A DNA stretch of 64,000 nucleotides from Syntrophales bacterium. Lineage in GTDB: Bacteria > Desulfobacterota > Syntrophia > Syntrophales > UBA2210. Under the pieces are notes generated by a model that saw only the letters and a program-made list of their open reading frames with translations, was not told where the DNA came from and did not search any database. The translations under genes and the position numbers were made by a program. The DNA lies in NCBI GenBank assembly GCA_963666365.2, contig CAXXNF010000002.1, positions 1,408,001 through 1,472,000 of the forward strand. Direction: 5' to 3'. Numbering within the stretch: position 1 is the stretch's first letter; the number at the start of each line of letters is the position of its first letter. This document shows, in pieces, positions 30,852 to 40,434 of this stretch.

Positions 30852-32402
30852 TCATGCATACAGCCGTCTATCATAATCACTGAGGGTAATCCCCAGTTGA
30901 TCGAAGATATTTTCCTGAATCATGTATCGGTAAAAATCCGATTTGACTCCCCTCTGCAACATCTCTTCCTGCCGGTACCACTCCCTGTTGCAGAAGTGGG
31001 GAATTTCCTTCCCGGCCGCAAGCGTCCTGTAGAGATCGAGAAACCTCGGCAGGTTGACGCCGATATCGGTATTGGCAAGCACCCATTCCCTCGATTTTCT
31101 GCCCAGTTCCTCATAACGGCCATCGCGTTTCATTGCGATGCAATCCATGATCGTGTCTTTAAAGACGCCCTTCACTATATTGATGATCGGCGGATAATTG
31201 CGCCGTTCCTCCCACTCGCTCCCCTGATAGACCAGTACGGGAATCTCCCAGCACATCATCTCGTTTCCGAAAAGACCGAAGGTGCCGCCGGCGATCTGAT
31301 CGATGGCAAAATCGGCATAGGCGTACTTCTCTTTGGCCTTCGCCGTCGGCATCCCGCTTACATAGATAAGCTCAATGGGCATCCCCTCGTTTTTGCACTC
31401 TTCCAGCAATTCGACAATGATCTTGGTCCCTTTTTTCCAGCCCGTTGAGGGAGCGTGCAGGAAATAGGTCTTTCCGGGATCCTTGTCGACAAGATTTTTT
31501 TCGATAAGCCGCTGCTTTTCCTCAAGGGTCCACTCAAGAGGGTCGATGAGACCGTATATCATCAGCGAACGGGGGATATAGGGATCTCCCAGCATTACAT
31601 GGGCATAGCGGTTTATCGTCTTGTGCGCGACGTAGTGTTTGAAAGTAAAGGTATAGGGCGGGGGCGGATCGTAGCCGAGAAACTTTGCCGTGTTGTAGAG
31701 CAGGCATTCGGGCCCCCGCATGTCGCTCCCCCAGAAGGAAAAGAGTATTTTTTTATCCCTGCGTCTCAGTTCCTCCAGATCGCGCAGGTCCGGATAGAGT
31801 GAGTGGGCAAAATGAAAATGAAATATGTCATACTCGTCAATTGTTTGACGGGCGAAGGCATCGATCGCCGCCCCCTTTTTCTCCTGGGGCAGACTGTTGA
31901 TGTTCAAGTTGATGTCGCATTGATATTGCAGCCAGGAATCATAATAGTTCGCACTCACGGCATGCACCCCCCGGGCCCTGAGATACCGCGTGATCCTCGC
32001 CATGTTGCCGGCTATCTCGAAGGGGCAGTGGATGATTTTTTTGCCCGCAAGAATGTCGGCGTCCTCACCGGGCGCTCCGAGGGGGGCTGCATGCACAGCC
32101 ATGGACGCTCTCAGCAACGCATGCAATTCCTTTCTCTGTGGGCCGGTTTTGAAGATATCCGCTATATTTGCAAGGGCATCCCTGCTGGAGGGATCGATTT
32201 GAAGCACCTTCATAAAATAGTGAAGTGACTGGGCAATATCCTCCCGGGCAAAGGCTGCAACACCAAGGTTATTCAGGATTCGGCAGTCGTCGGGTGCTCG
32301 TTTCAACAGCGCGGCAAAGAGGGTTTCCGCCTCCTCGATACGCCCCTCCTCATACAAATACTCGCCCTGCTCGATATCTGCTTGTAAATTCAATGCATCC
32401 AC
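30852..32402 (-). CDS. TPR plus GT-B glycosyltransferase-like protein
   Basis: N-terminal TPR (LNNLG); DIFHFHF, F.GSD.R, HAPS...KGT and DQ..G.FG..G.E motifs. Confidence 0.75.
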   Translation of the reverse strand: MDALNLQADIEQGEYLYEEGRIEEAETLFAALLKRAPDDCRILNNLGVAAFAREDIAQSLHYFMKVLQIDPSSRDALANIADIFKTGPQRKELHALLRASMAVHAAPLGAPGEDADILAGKKIIHCPFEIAGNMARITRYLRARGVHAVSANYYDSWLQYQCDINLNINSLPQEKKGAAIDAFARQTIDEYDIFHFHFAHSLYPDLRDLEELRRRDKKILFSFWGSDMRGPECLLYNTAKFLGYDPPPPYTFTFKHYVAHKTINRYAHVMLGDPYIPRSLMIYGLIDPLEWTLEEKQRLIEKNLVDKDPGKTYFLHAPSTGWKKGTKIIVELLEECKNEGMPIELIYVSGMPTAKAKEKYAYADFAIDQIAGGTFGLFGNEMMCWEIPVLVYQGSEWEERRNYPPIINIVKGVFKDTIMDCIAMKRDGRYEELGRKSREWVLANTDIGVNLPRFLDLYRTLAAGKEIPHFCNREWYRQEEMLQRGVKSDFYRYMIQENIFDQLGITLSDYDRRLYA

Positions 32403-32500
32403 TCCTCACCTGCCCGCGATAGGAGGCATCGAAAATGATCACGCCATCCTGTCCGCTTTCGCAGAAACTCACTCACCGGCATCTCTGCCTTCTCACGTTT

Positions 32501-32516
32501 AGCAATTATCATGCCT
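32501..32516 (-). promoter_or_regulatory. Putative sigma54 promoter of the GT-asnB-rSAM-aminotransferase operon
   Basis: Minus strand AGGCAT-N5-TTGCT. Confidence 0.68.
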
Positions 32517-32560
32517 GCGCATCCTTCGATCGAACGACCGGACAACTCCGGTGCCGTTTC

Positions 32561-32576
32561 TGGCACTGATCTTGCT
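32561..32576 (+). promoter_or_regulatory. Putative sigma54 promoter of the GT2-TPR gene
   Basis: TGGCAC-N5-TTGCT, a consensus match. Confidence 0.78.
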
Positions 32577-32631
32577 TCATCAGGTTGATGGGTTTGCAAT
32601 TCCACACACATCACGACATGAAAGGGCGCAC

Positions 32632-34338
32632 ATGGTGAGTGTACTTACCGACAGCGGACATCACAGCGAAAGAGGGCATCAAGAAAACACCGCCATCCTG
32701 CTGTCCGCCTGCATGATGGTAAAAAACGAGGAGGCGATGCTTTCGGGTTGTCTCGAGAGCATCAGGGATCATGTTGATGAACTGGTCATCGTCGATACGG
32801 GATCGACCGACCGCACTATGGAGATTGCCCAGGCCTTCGGCGCCCGCCTGTTTCATCACCCCTGGGAGCACAATTTCAGCCTCCATCGCAATCAGTCCAT
32901 CGCTTACGCCCGGGGACGATGGATCTTCATCATCGATGCCGACGAGGTGCTGGCACCCGCGGCAGTGCGAAGCCTCAGAGACGAAATCACCCTGGCCGAT
33001 ACAAAAGGAATGGACTCGCTGGTCATGAAGGTGGAAAACATGATGTCCCAAGGGCAAGAAACCGTCTGCAATGATTCGATTCGTCTTTTTCTGAATAACG
33101 GCGCCATCCGATATGAGGGAATCGTCCACAACAATCTGACGGGATTTTCACAGCCCGGCGGCTCGCTCAACCGCATCATCCACTACGGATACGACAAAGG
33201 GCGCGGCATGGCCGAGAAGAAATTCCAGCGCACCGCCGCACTCTTAAAAAAACAGATCGCCGAAAATCCCACCTCCGCCGCCGCCCACATGTACCTCAGC
33301 TCCTCCTACGCATCGCTCGATCTGTTCGAGGAATCCCTGAAGGAAGGCATGATTGCGGTGGATCTGGTGGAATCCGAGAATATCACCAACAAAACCTATG
33401 TACGGGCCTACTACGACGTGATCCGGGCGCTGATCCTCTCAAAACGCCTCGATGAGGCGAAACGTTATTGTGCAAGGGCATGCGAGCGCTTCGGGGACCA
33501 GATCGACGTCCTGGCGGCCCGCACCATGATCGCCTTTGAAGAGAAGAACTGGGCATCCGTCCTGGACTACGGAACCCGGTACCAGGAGCACCTCAACCGC
33601 TACCGTAACGGCGCCGGCACATCCGAAATGGTACATGTGGCCACTTACGGCGATGCCTGGAAAATATACGGCTGGATGGGATCGGCGCATCTGAAGCGGG
33701 GAAACATAGATGAGGCCGAAAGGCTCTTCCGCGGCGCACTCAACTGCGCCGCCGACAGAGGCGCAGTGTCCCGTCACGCGGGACTGGCCCTGATAAGCGC
33801 GGGCCGCATCGATTCGGCCCTGCCCTATCTGGAACAGGCCTACACCCTTGCCGACGGCACACAAGACTCGAGAGTGGTAGAGGCCCTTTTCAAGATCGGA
33901 ATTCTTAAAAGGGACAGGATGCGCGCTGCAGGAATGCGTACCGAAGCCCTGGCCATGGCGGACCTTTCCCTTTCCTGGTGCATGGAACTTGCCGACTTCG
34001 CCCAGCGCTACGGCGATGCGGAAAGCGCTCTCGCTCTCTACACCGCGGTATCTGAAATGGATGAGGGACATATCGAGGCCCGACTCCAGGCGGCCCTGCT
34101 GCTCCTCGCCGAGGGACGCATCGAAGAGGTAGTCCGGCACTGCGACGAGATGCTTCGCACGCTCTCACTCCCCAGGGATGTCACCATCGCCTCCTTTGCC
34201 GACCTGGCGGCATTATTTGCCGGTATCGGAAACAACCTGAGGGGGAAGAATATTCCCGGCGACGCAATTGCCCAACGCATTTCGGCACGACTCATTGACA
34301 TCGAGAGTCAAAAGTCCCGCCATTCGGACACTCCTTAA
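32632..34338 (+). CDS. GT2 family glycosyltransferase with TPRs (probable flagellin glycosyltransferase)
   Basis: SACMMVKNEE, VDTGSTD, IDADE (DxD) and HYGY motifs, C-terminal TPRs; directly upstream of fliC. Confidence 0.9.
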   Translation: MVSVLTDSGHHSERGHQENTAILLSACMMVKNEEAMLSGCLESIRDHVDELVIVDTGSTDRTMEIAQAFGARLFHHPWEHNFSLHRNQSIAYARGRWIFIIDADEVLAPAAVRSLRDEITLADTKGMDSLVMKVENMMSQGQETVCNDSIRLFLNNGAIRYEGIVHNNLTGFSQPGGSLNRIIHYGYDKGRGMAEKKFQRTAALLKKQIAENPTSAAAHMYLSSSYASLDLFEESLKEGMIAVDLVESENITNKTYVRAYYDVIRALILSKRLDEAKRYCARACERFGDQIDVLAARTMIAFEEKNWASVLDYGTRYQEHLNRYRNGAGTSEMVHVATYGDAWKIYGWMGSAHLKRGNIDEAERLFRGALNCAADRGAVSRHAGLALISAGRIDSALPYLEQAYTLADGTQDSRVVEALFKIGILKRDRMRAAGMRTEALAMADLSLSWCMELADFAQRYGDAESALALYTAVSEMDEGHIEARLQAALLLLAEGRIEEVVRHCDEMLRTLSLPRDVTIASFADLAALFAGIGNNLRGKNIPGDAIAQRISARLIDIESQKSRHSDTP

Positions 34339-34435
34339 TTCACGTAACCGGCTTCGTGAAAAGGGAATCTCAGAATCTCATGGACCATTCCCCTCTCTTT
34401 GACACTTCAGCACAATAGAAATGTAGTTACAACGT

Positions 34436-34456
34436 AACATAGAACATAGAACATAG
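34436..34456 (+). repeat. 7-mer tandem repeat
   Basis: AACATAG x3. Confidence 0.7.
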
Positions 34457-34522
34457 CGCACTTCCTGCAGTCCCCAAAAAGACACACCATATTACAAAAA
34501 CCATACACATCGAAAAAATGGC

Positions 34523-34550
34523 TAAAGCTATTTCTCCCTCCTGCCGATAG
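34523..34550 (+). promoter_or_regulatory. Sigma28 promoter of flagellin
   Basis: TAAA-N16-GCCGATAG. Confidence 0.8.
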
Positions 34551-34663
34551 TAGAGTCAACTTTGAGAAAGGAGGTGAACGGCGAAGGCAGGATTGAGGGA
34601 GCGTCTTTACTTACAGAAAAAAAGTAACCATTCGTTCATTACATTACTATTTAAACTACCGCA

Positions 34664-34704
34664 CGGCATGGACGCCGGCGGCGCCACACTATCAGGGAGG
34701 ATAG
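34664..34704 (+). promoter_or_regulatory. Two putative CsrA-binding hairpins in the flagellin leader
   Basis: CGGC-ATGGAC-GCCG and CTATC-AGGGAG-GATAG; the second overlaps the SD. Confidence 0.68.
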
Positions 34705-34707
34705 ATC

Positions 34708-36138
34708 ATGGGTTTAAGAATTCAAAACAATATCGCGGCAATGAACGCACACCGTCAGTTGAGCGCATCCGATGCGGCTCTCTCCAAATCGCTGGAAAAA
34801 CTTTCTTCGGGCTTCCGCATCAACAAGGCCGCCGACGACGCGGCGGGGCTGGCCATCTCCCAGTCGTTCAGGGCCGACATCGCCAGCTACAAGGTGGCAA
34901 GCAGAAACACCTCCGAGGCGAACTCTCTTCTTCAGGTGGCTGAAGGTTCGCTGGATCAGATGGGAAACATCCTTACCCGTCTGAAGGAGCTGTCCACACA
35001 GGCGGCTTCCGGTAACGCCGGGTCGAATATCGACAAGATCAATGACGAAGCGAATCAGCTCATCTCCGAATTAGACAGAATCGCCACCAGCACCAACTAC
35101 GCCGGCACGGATCTGCTCACGGGCAACCTGGCGGCGGGCACCATGACGGGAACCGTGGCCGATGCCTCTCACGGTTCCGATGCCACGGCAGTCGGTGAGA
35201 GCGGCGCATGGTTCGGCGCCACCGCCACCGGTCAGCTCACCGCCGTTACCGGCATCACCGGTACGCTGGATTCATCCATTGAAAACCTGGAAGACAGCGC
35301 CAACACCTGGACCATCGCAAAAGACGGCACGGCATCGGGTCTGGTGCTCTCCAACGGCAACGGCATGCAGTTCACCGCCACCGTCAACACCGGTGAAGGG
35401 ACGATCACCGTCGCCGGCATGGGCGAAGATCAGTCCGATCTGGTCATCGCCGGGACCGTCACCGACACCACGGCTGCCGATGGCGACACCATCGCCTTCG
35501 ACAAACTCGGCATTTCCTCGGTCAGCGTCGATGCCGGCACCACGGCCCAGGCCTGGACATTCTCCACTTCCGGCAGCAACATCGTCCTCACCGGCGCCGA
35601 CGGCACCAACCAGTCCGTGGCAGCCACGGCGGGGAGCGCTGTCGACTTCACCAATCTGGGCATCTCCTTCACCCTCGACGCCGAATGGGATACCAACGAC
35701 CTCGACGGCCTGACCATCACCACGGCGGGGACTGCCGGTACGTCCCTTGACTTCCAGATCGGTTCTGAGAACGCCAGCGACAACCAGTTGAGCATCAGTC
35801 TGGACGATGTACAGGCATCCGCACTGGGTCTCACCAGTGACATGCTTTCGACACAGTCGGGCGCACAGACGGCGCTGACCACTATCGACAGCGCCATCGA
35901 CACACTGTCGTCCAGCAGAGGCGACGTGGGCGCCTATATGAACCGCCTCAGCTACGCCTCGGCCAACTTGTCCAGCATGATTGAAAACGTCCAGGCGGCG
36001 GAATCGGTGATCCGCGACGTGGATATGGCCGCGGAGATGACAAGCTTCACGAAGAACCAGATCCTGATGCAGGCCGGCACGGCCATGCTCGCCCAGGCAA
36101 ACTCCGCCCCGCAGGCGGTTCTTTCGCTCCTCGGGTAG
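34708..36138 (+). CDS. fliC: Flagellin
   Basis: LSSGFRINKAADDAAGLAI; C-terminal ESVIRDVDMAAEM..F.KNQIL.QAG.AMLAQAN. Confidence 0.98.
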   Translation: MGLRIQNNIAAMNAHRQLSASDAALSKSLEKLSSGFRINKAADDAAGLAISQSFRADIASYKVASRNTSEANSLLQVAEGSLDQMGNILTRLKELSTQAASGNAGSNIDKINDEANQLISELDRIATSTNYAGTDLLTGNLAAGTMTGTVADASHGSDATAVGESGAWFGATATGQLTAVTGITGTLDSSIENLEDSANTWTIAKDGTASGLVLSNGNGMQFTATVNTGEGTITVAGMGEDQSDLVIAGTVTDTTAADGDTIAFDKLGISSVSVDAGTTAQAWTFSTSGSNIVLTGADGTNQSVAATAGSAVDFTNLGISFTLDAEWDTNDLDGLTITTAGTAGTSLDFQIGSENASDNQLSISLDDVQASALGLTSDMLSTQSGAQTALTTIDSAIDTLSSSRGDVGAYMNRLSYASANLSSMIENVQAAESVIRDVDMAAEMTSFTKNQILMQAGTAMLAQANSAPQAVLSLLG

Positions 36139-36189
36139 GATCACAGCGGAAAGAAGGGCATCGTCTTTCCGGAACAGTCTCACCACCAG

Positions 36190-36219
36190 GGCCGCGCCTT
36201 TCCGGCGCGGCCTTTTTTT
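36190..36219 (+). terminator. Rho-independent terminator after fliC
   Basis: GGCCGCGCC-TTTCC-GGCGCGGCC followed by T7. Confidence 0.88.
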
Positions 36220-36251
36220 GGCCGGTTTTTTGCTTACCGGAGAAAATGAAT

Positions 36252-36278
36252 TAAAGATTGGGAACATTTTTCCGATAA
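36252..36278 (+). promoter_or_regulatory. Sigma28 promoter of fliD
   Basis: TAAA-N15-TCCGATAA. Confidence 0.75.
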
Positions 36279-36290
36279 TTATCTTAGGAA

Positions 36291-36364
36291 GTAAGAAAAG
36301 TAGGAAGAGCAAGAGACGTGGGAAGCGTCATTTTTTTAACCCAAAACCTATAACCCATAACCTC
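36291..36364 (+). repeat. Degenerate 9-mer and 7-mer tandem repeats in the fliD leader
   Basis: GTAAGAAAA/GTAGGAAGA/GCAAGAGAC/GTGGGAAGC, then TAACCCA/AAACCTA/TAACCCA/TAACCTC. Confidence 0.6.
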
Positions 36365-36372
36365 ATCAGGGC

Positions 36373-39300
36373 ATGCGCATGTCAAGTACGAATCTCATAA
36401 GCGGTCTTTCCAGCGGTTTCGACTGGCGTTCCATGATCGATCAGCTCATTGCCATCGACAGCCGGCGCGTTACGATCGTTGAGCACAAGAAAAGCGAGTA
36501 TGAATCGAAGCTTTCAGAGTGGCAGTCCTTCAATACGAAGCTCCTCGCACTGAAAACAACGGCGGAGAATTTAAGCGATCCCGACGACTTTATGAGTTTC
36601 AGCACAAATATGACCTCCGACAGCGCCACCGTCAAGGCGTCGGACCTTATCTCGGTGACCACTTCGTCGTCGGCGGCCGTGGGCGCCTACTCCATCGTGG
36701 TCGAGGAAAAGGCCTCGGCCCAGCGGCTTTCGTCGAACGCCTTCACCAGCCTCTCCGATGCACTGGGGACGGCCTGCGCCGGCGACATCATCATCAACGG
36801 CGTCACCATCACGATCGACGCCGGCGACAGTCTTACCGATATCAGGGACAGCATCAACAATGCGAACAGTGGAAGCACCCCCAGCGGTGTGACCGCCGGC
36901 ATTGTCAGGTATGGAGAAAGCGACTACCGGCTGTCGCTGACAAGTGATGCCACCGGCGCCGATGGGATCAGCCTTTTGAACGGCAGCGCCGGCGACATAT
37001 TGAACGCCCTCGGTTTCACCGACACCTCCCGGGTCGCCAAAAATCATCTCACCGGGGGCGACAGGAGCGACTGCTTTACCAGTTCCGTGGTCGCCGTCCA
37101 GACACTCCTCGGCCTTAACGACGCACGAACCTCGTCGGAAAACGGCATCGTGATCAACGGCGCCGGCATTGCCGCAATAGATCTCGCCACGGATACCCTT
37201 ACGACGATCGCCCAGAAATTCGTTGCTGCCGGCATCGATGCATCGGTGGTCAGTGAAACGGTCGACAACGAGGTGACCTATCGCCTGTTCATCGAGGGCG
37301 GCGCCAACACCTACACCGATGAGCACAATATTCTGGAAACACTGGGCATCATACGGGGGGGGCTTTCCGATGTAATGGGCGTCGAGGGCGATATCGAGAA
37401 CACGTCGGCCGGCGAGGCAATCACCGAGGATACCCTCATCAGCGCGATCGACGGGTACACCGGCTACGCGGCCGGCGATTACCTCTACCTGAACGGCACA
37501 AGAACCGACGGGACCACGACCGGCCTCCCCGATACCAGCCTTGTGTTTTCCGATACCACCACGGTGCGAGATCTCCTCGACACCATCGATAGCCTCTTCG
37601 GCAACGTGACGGCATCGGTGACCGGCGACGGGAAGATCCGCGTGGTCGACAACGGATCGGACGACAGTACGCTGGCGGTCCGGATATCAGTCAAAAACTC
37701 CGGCGGATCGGAAGAAACCACCCTGTCCTTCGAAAGTGACGGCGACATGGGAACGGCCGCCTCTCTGAGGGCGCGGGAGGTCGTCGCGGGAGGCGACGCG
37801 TCGATTACCATAGACGGCGTGGAGGTGACCAGTTCCAACAATTCCATCACCGACGCCATCAGCGGCGTGACCATCGATCTTCTGAAAGCGGATACGGAAA
37901 CGACCGTTTCTCTTGATGTCATCAGGAATCTGAACGCCGTCAAATCCAGAATCAGCACCTTCGTCAGCAGTTACAACAGCGTCATGTCCTACATACAAGC
38001 CCAGCAGTCCTACGATACGGAAGAAAAAGCCACGGGGGGGATTCTCTTCGGCGACGGCACCCTTTCATCAGTGAAGTCGGACCTGACGACCACCCTTCTT
38101 GAGACCGTCTGGGGCGTATCGTCGGAGTTCTCCATCCTGGGCCTCGCCGGCATCAATGTTGACAAAGACGGTCTGCTTTCCGTCGATTCGGACACCCTGA
38201 CGGAATATCTGGAAACCAACTTCAACGACATAAAACTGCTCTTCGCGGCGAACGGCACTGCCACAGGTTCGGACCTGGAGTACATCTCCTCCGGCGCCGA
38301 AAGCACCGCCGGAGACTATACCGTACATATCGATCAGGCAGCCTCACAGGCGACCCGCACGGGAAGCGTCGATCTTTCAGGGGGACTTTCGGAAAATATA
38401 ACTCTTTCCATCACCGAATCGGGGAACACGGCACAGGTGGCATTGACCGCGGGGATGAGTCTTGACGAGATAATCGAGGCGATTAATACCGAAACGGACA
38501 GGAATGTGACGGAAACCCTGGTCGGCGCCGTGCGCCTCTACGAAGGAACGGGACAGAGCAGCGCCATGACCGCGCAGACCGCCTGGGACGAGGTGTATGT
38601 CGGAGGCAACTCGGCCAACCTCCATGACGGCGATGTTATCGCATTTTCAGGCACGAACCGGTCCGGTCAGTCCATCTCCGGCGCCTATGCCCTTGACGAT
38701 GCATCCTCCGATACTGTCCAGGGGTTGCTTTCGGCCATCGAATCGGCCTTCGGCGGCGCGGTAAGCGCATCTGTCGACGCGTCCGGCCGTATCGTCATCA
38801 CCGATACCTTTGAAGGGGCAAGTCGACTCAGCATCTCCTTCGACTATTCCGACGCCCATCAACTGACCTTCGGTTCCGTGGATGCCACACCGGACGCAGG
38901 GGACGGCAGCCGGGAGGGACGCTGGGCGGTCCCCGTGACCGCATCGGACGACGGCAGTGGTCACCTTGTGCTTACCCACGACTATTACGGCAGCAGCCTC
39001 GGCTTTACCCTTTCGCAGACCGGCGCGACGGATTACCGGGAAATCGCTCTCTCGGATTCAGCATTGACGACGGCAGCATCGTCGGGGCAGATACTGGCCG
39101 ATGGTTCCACGACCTGGGACGGGCTTTTCGGCGCACAGGTGGAAGAAACAGACACCATTACCATCGCCGGGACCACCCATGACGGCACGGACGTAGGACC
39201 ACAGAGCTACAGCATCTACGGTGCGGGCAGTTACAAAGATGTGGACAGCCTGCTTACGGCGATTGAAGCCGCCTTTACCGCCGCCGGAGGATCGGTGGAC

Positions 39301-39894
39301 ACCCGCATCGAAGACGGGAAAATCGTGGTGGAAGACATGGAAACGGGAGAGGGCACCCTCTCGCTGACGCTGACCTGCAACAATGAGGGGGCCACATCTG
39401 ACCTTGATCTCGGTCTTTTTGATGCAGAATCGATGGTCGCTCATGACCTGACGCTGGGGCTTACGGGAGGCGCCGCAAACGGTCTCGATGTGGTGGGCGC
39501 CATCAACGGAGACCCCGCTTCCGGGTCGGGACAGATTCTGACATCGGAATCTGGCGCAACGGAAGGCATCAGTGTGAAGTATGGGGGAACCGACGCCGAC
39601 ATCGATGCGGGAACCGTACGGCTTACCACGGGCGTTGCCGAACTCTTCAGCCGGGTGCTCAGGAATATTACCGACCCCATCGATGGGTATGTGGTCTTCA
39701 AAAAGGAGTCACTCAGCACGAGTATCGAATCTTTTGAGGACCAGATCGATCGCATGACGGAACTTCTGAACCAAAAAATGCAAACGATGATCAATCGTTT
39801 TGTCGCCATGGAACTGGCTATCAGTGAGATCCAGAGTCAAAGTTCCTGGCTTTCAAGTCAGATCTCCACGCTCTTTGACTTTAGCGGCAACTGA
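36373..39894 (+). CDS. fliD: Flagellar cap protein FliD, very large (1173 aa)
   Basis: ISGLSSGFDW..MIDQL N-terminus; IDGV...SSNN.I.DAI.GVT; C-terminal F.AME..IS; precedes fliS. Confidence 0.93.
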   Translation: MRMSSTNLISGLSSGFDWRSMIDQLIAIDSRRVTIVEHKKSEYESKLSEWQSFNTKLLALKTTAENLSDPDDFMSFSTNMTSDSATVKASDLISVTTSSSAAVGAYSIVVEEKASAQRLSSNAFTSLSDALGTACAGDIIINGVTITIDAGDSLTDIRDSINNANSGSTPSGVTAGIVRYGESDYRLSLTSDATGADGISLLNGSAGDILNALGFTDTSRVAKNHLTGGDRSDCFTSSVVAVQTLLGLNDARTSSENGIVINGAGIAAIDLATDTLTTIAQKFVAAGIDASVVSETVDNEVTYRLFIEGGANTYTDEHNILETLGIIRGGLSDVMGVEGDIENTSAGEAITEDTLISAIDGYTGYAAGDYLYLNGTRTDGTTTGLPDTSLVFSDTTTVRDLLDTIDSLFGNVTASVTGDGKIRVVDNGSDDSTLAVRISVKNSGGSEETTLSFESDGDMGTAASLRAREVVAGGDASITIDGVEVTSSNNSITDAISGVTIDLLKADTETTVSLDVIRNLNAVKSRISTFVSSYNSVMSYIQAQQSYDTEEKATGGILFGDGTLSSVKSDLTTTLLETVWGVSSEFSILGLAGINVDKDGLLSVDSDTLTEYLETNFNDIKLLFAANGTATGSDLEYISSGAESTAGDYTVHIDQAASQATRTGSVDLSGGLSENITLSITESGNTAQVALTAGMSLDEIIEAINTETDRNVTETLVGAVRLYEGTGQSSAMTAQTAWDEVYVGGNSANLHDGDVIAFSGTNRSGQSISGAYALDDASSDTVQGLLSAIESAFGGAVSASVDASGRIVITDTFEGASRLSISFDYSDAHQLTFGSVDATPDAGDGSREGRWAVPVTASDDGSGHLVLTHDYYGSSLGFTLSQTGATDYREIALSDSALTTAASSGQILADGSTTWDGLFGAQVEETDTITIAGTTHDGTDVGPQSYSIYGAGSYKDVDSLLTAIEAAFTAAGGSVDTRIEDGKIVVEDMETGEGTLSLTLTCNNEGATSDLDLGLFDAESMVAHDLTLGLTGGAANGLDVVGAINGDPASGSGQILTSESGATEGISVKYGGTDADIDAGTVRLTTGVAELFSRVLRNITDPIDGYVVFKKESLSTSIESFEDQIDRMTELLNQKMQTMINRFVAMELAISEIQSQSSWLSSQISTLFDFSGN

Positions 39895-39972
39895 CGTAAA
39901 GAGGATATTTCTACAGGGTAATGACCGCTCTGTTAATGAATGTATCTGAGTACACAGGAAAAGGAGGCATAT

Positions 39973-40431
39973 ATGTACGGAAAAGGAGTCAATGCATACC
40001 GGCAGACGCACGTAGTCACCGCCGATCCGCAAAAGCTGATCGTCATGTGCTACGAAGGGGTGATCAAAAACCTGAGATGCGCCCGCACCGCCTATGAGTT
40101 GAATGACTACGAAACAAAGGGACAGTCCCTGACCAAGGCGCATGATATTGTGGTATTCCTCATCCAGTCGCTCGACATGGAGAAGGGGGGCGATATTGCG
40201 CGCGGACTGGATGCGCTCTACAATTACATTCTCCGCCGCACCATGGAGGGCGATCTGAAGAAGGACATGACGGTCTTCGATGAGGCAATCGGCATATTTG
40301 AAGAACTGCTGTCCTCCTGGAGAGAGATATCGTTCCCTTCGCAAAAGGGCGATCACGAAACGGTCATGCCCGTAAGAAACAAAGGAACAGGAGAGGTACG
40401 ACAGATACTCTCCGGCAGCATCGGGGCTTGA
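39973..40431 (+). CDS. fliS: Flagellin chaperone FliS
   Basis: AY....V.TADP.KLI.MCYEG; SLDMEKGG.IA..L..LY.Y; AAGGAGG SD. Confidence 0.92.
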   Translation: MYGKGVNAYRQTHVVTADPQKLIVMCYEGVIKNLRCARTAYELNDYETKGQSLTKAHDIVVFLIQSLDMEKGGDIARGLDALYNYILRRTMEGDLKKDMTVFDEAIGIFEELLSSWREISFPSQKGDHETVMPVRNKGTGEVRQILSGSIGA

Positions 40432-40434
40432 CCT

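Noticed and set aside
32551..32631. Upstream GTG start of the GT2 gene
   Set aside because: It would include the sigma54 promoter itself; ATG 32632 has an SD-like AAAGGG.
34593..34943. 116-aa ORF overlapping the flagellin start
   Set aside because: TTG start far from the SD, out of frame with fliC, and no recognisable motif.
35272..36312. Long antisense ORFs (also 10337-11311, 20123-21061, 42527-43645, 57993-59114)
   Set aside because: Shadow frames of well-supported genes, expected from GC-rich codon bias.
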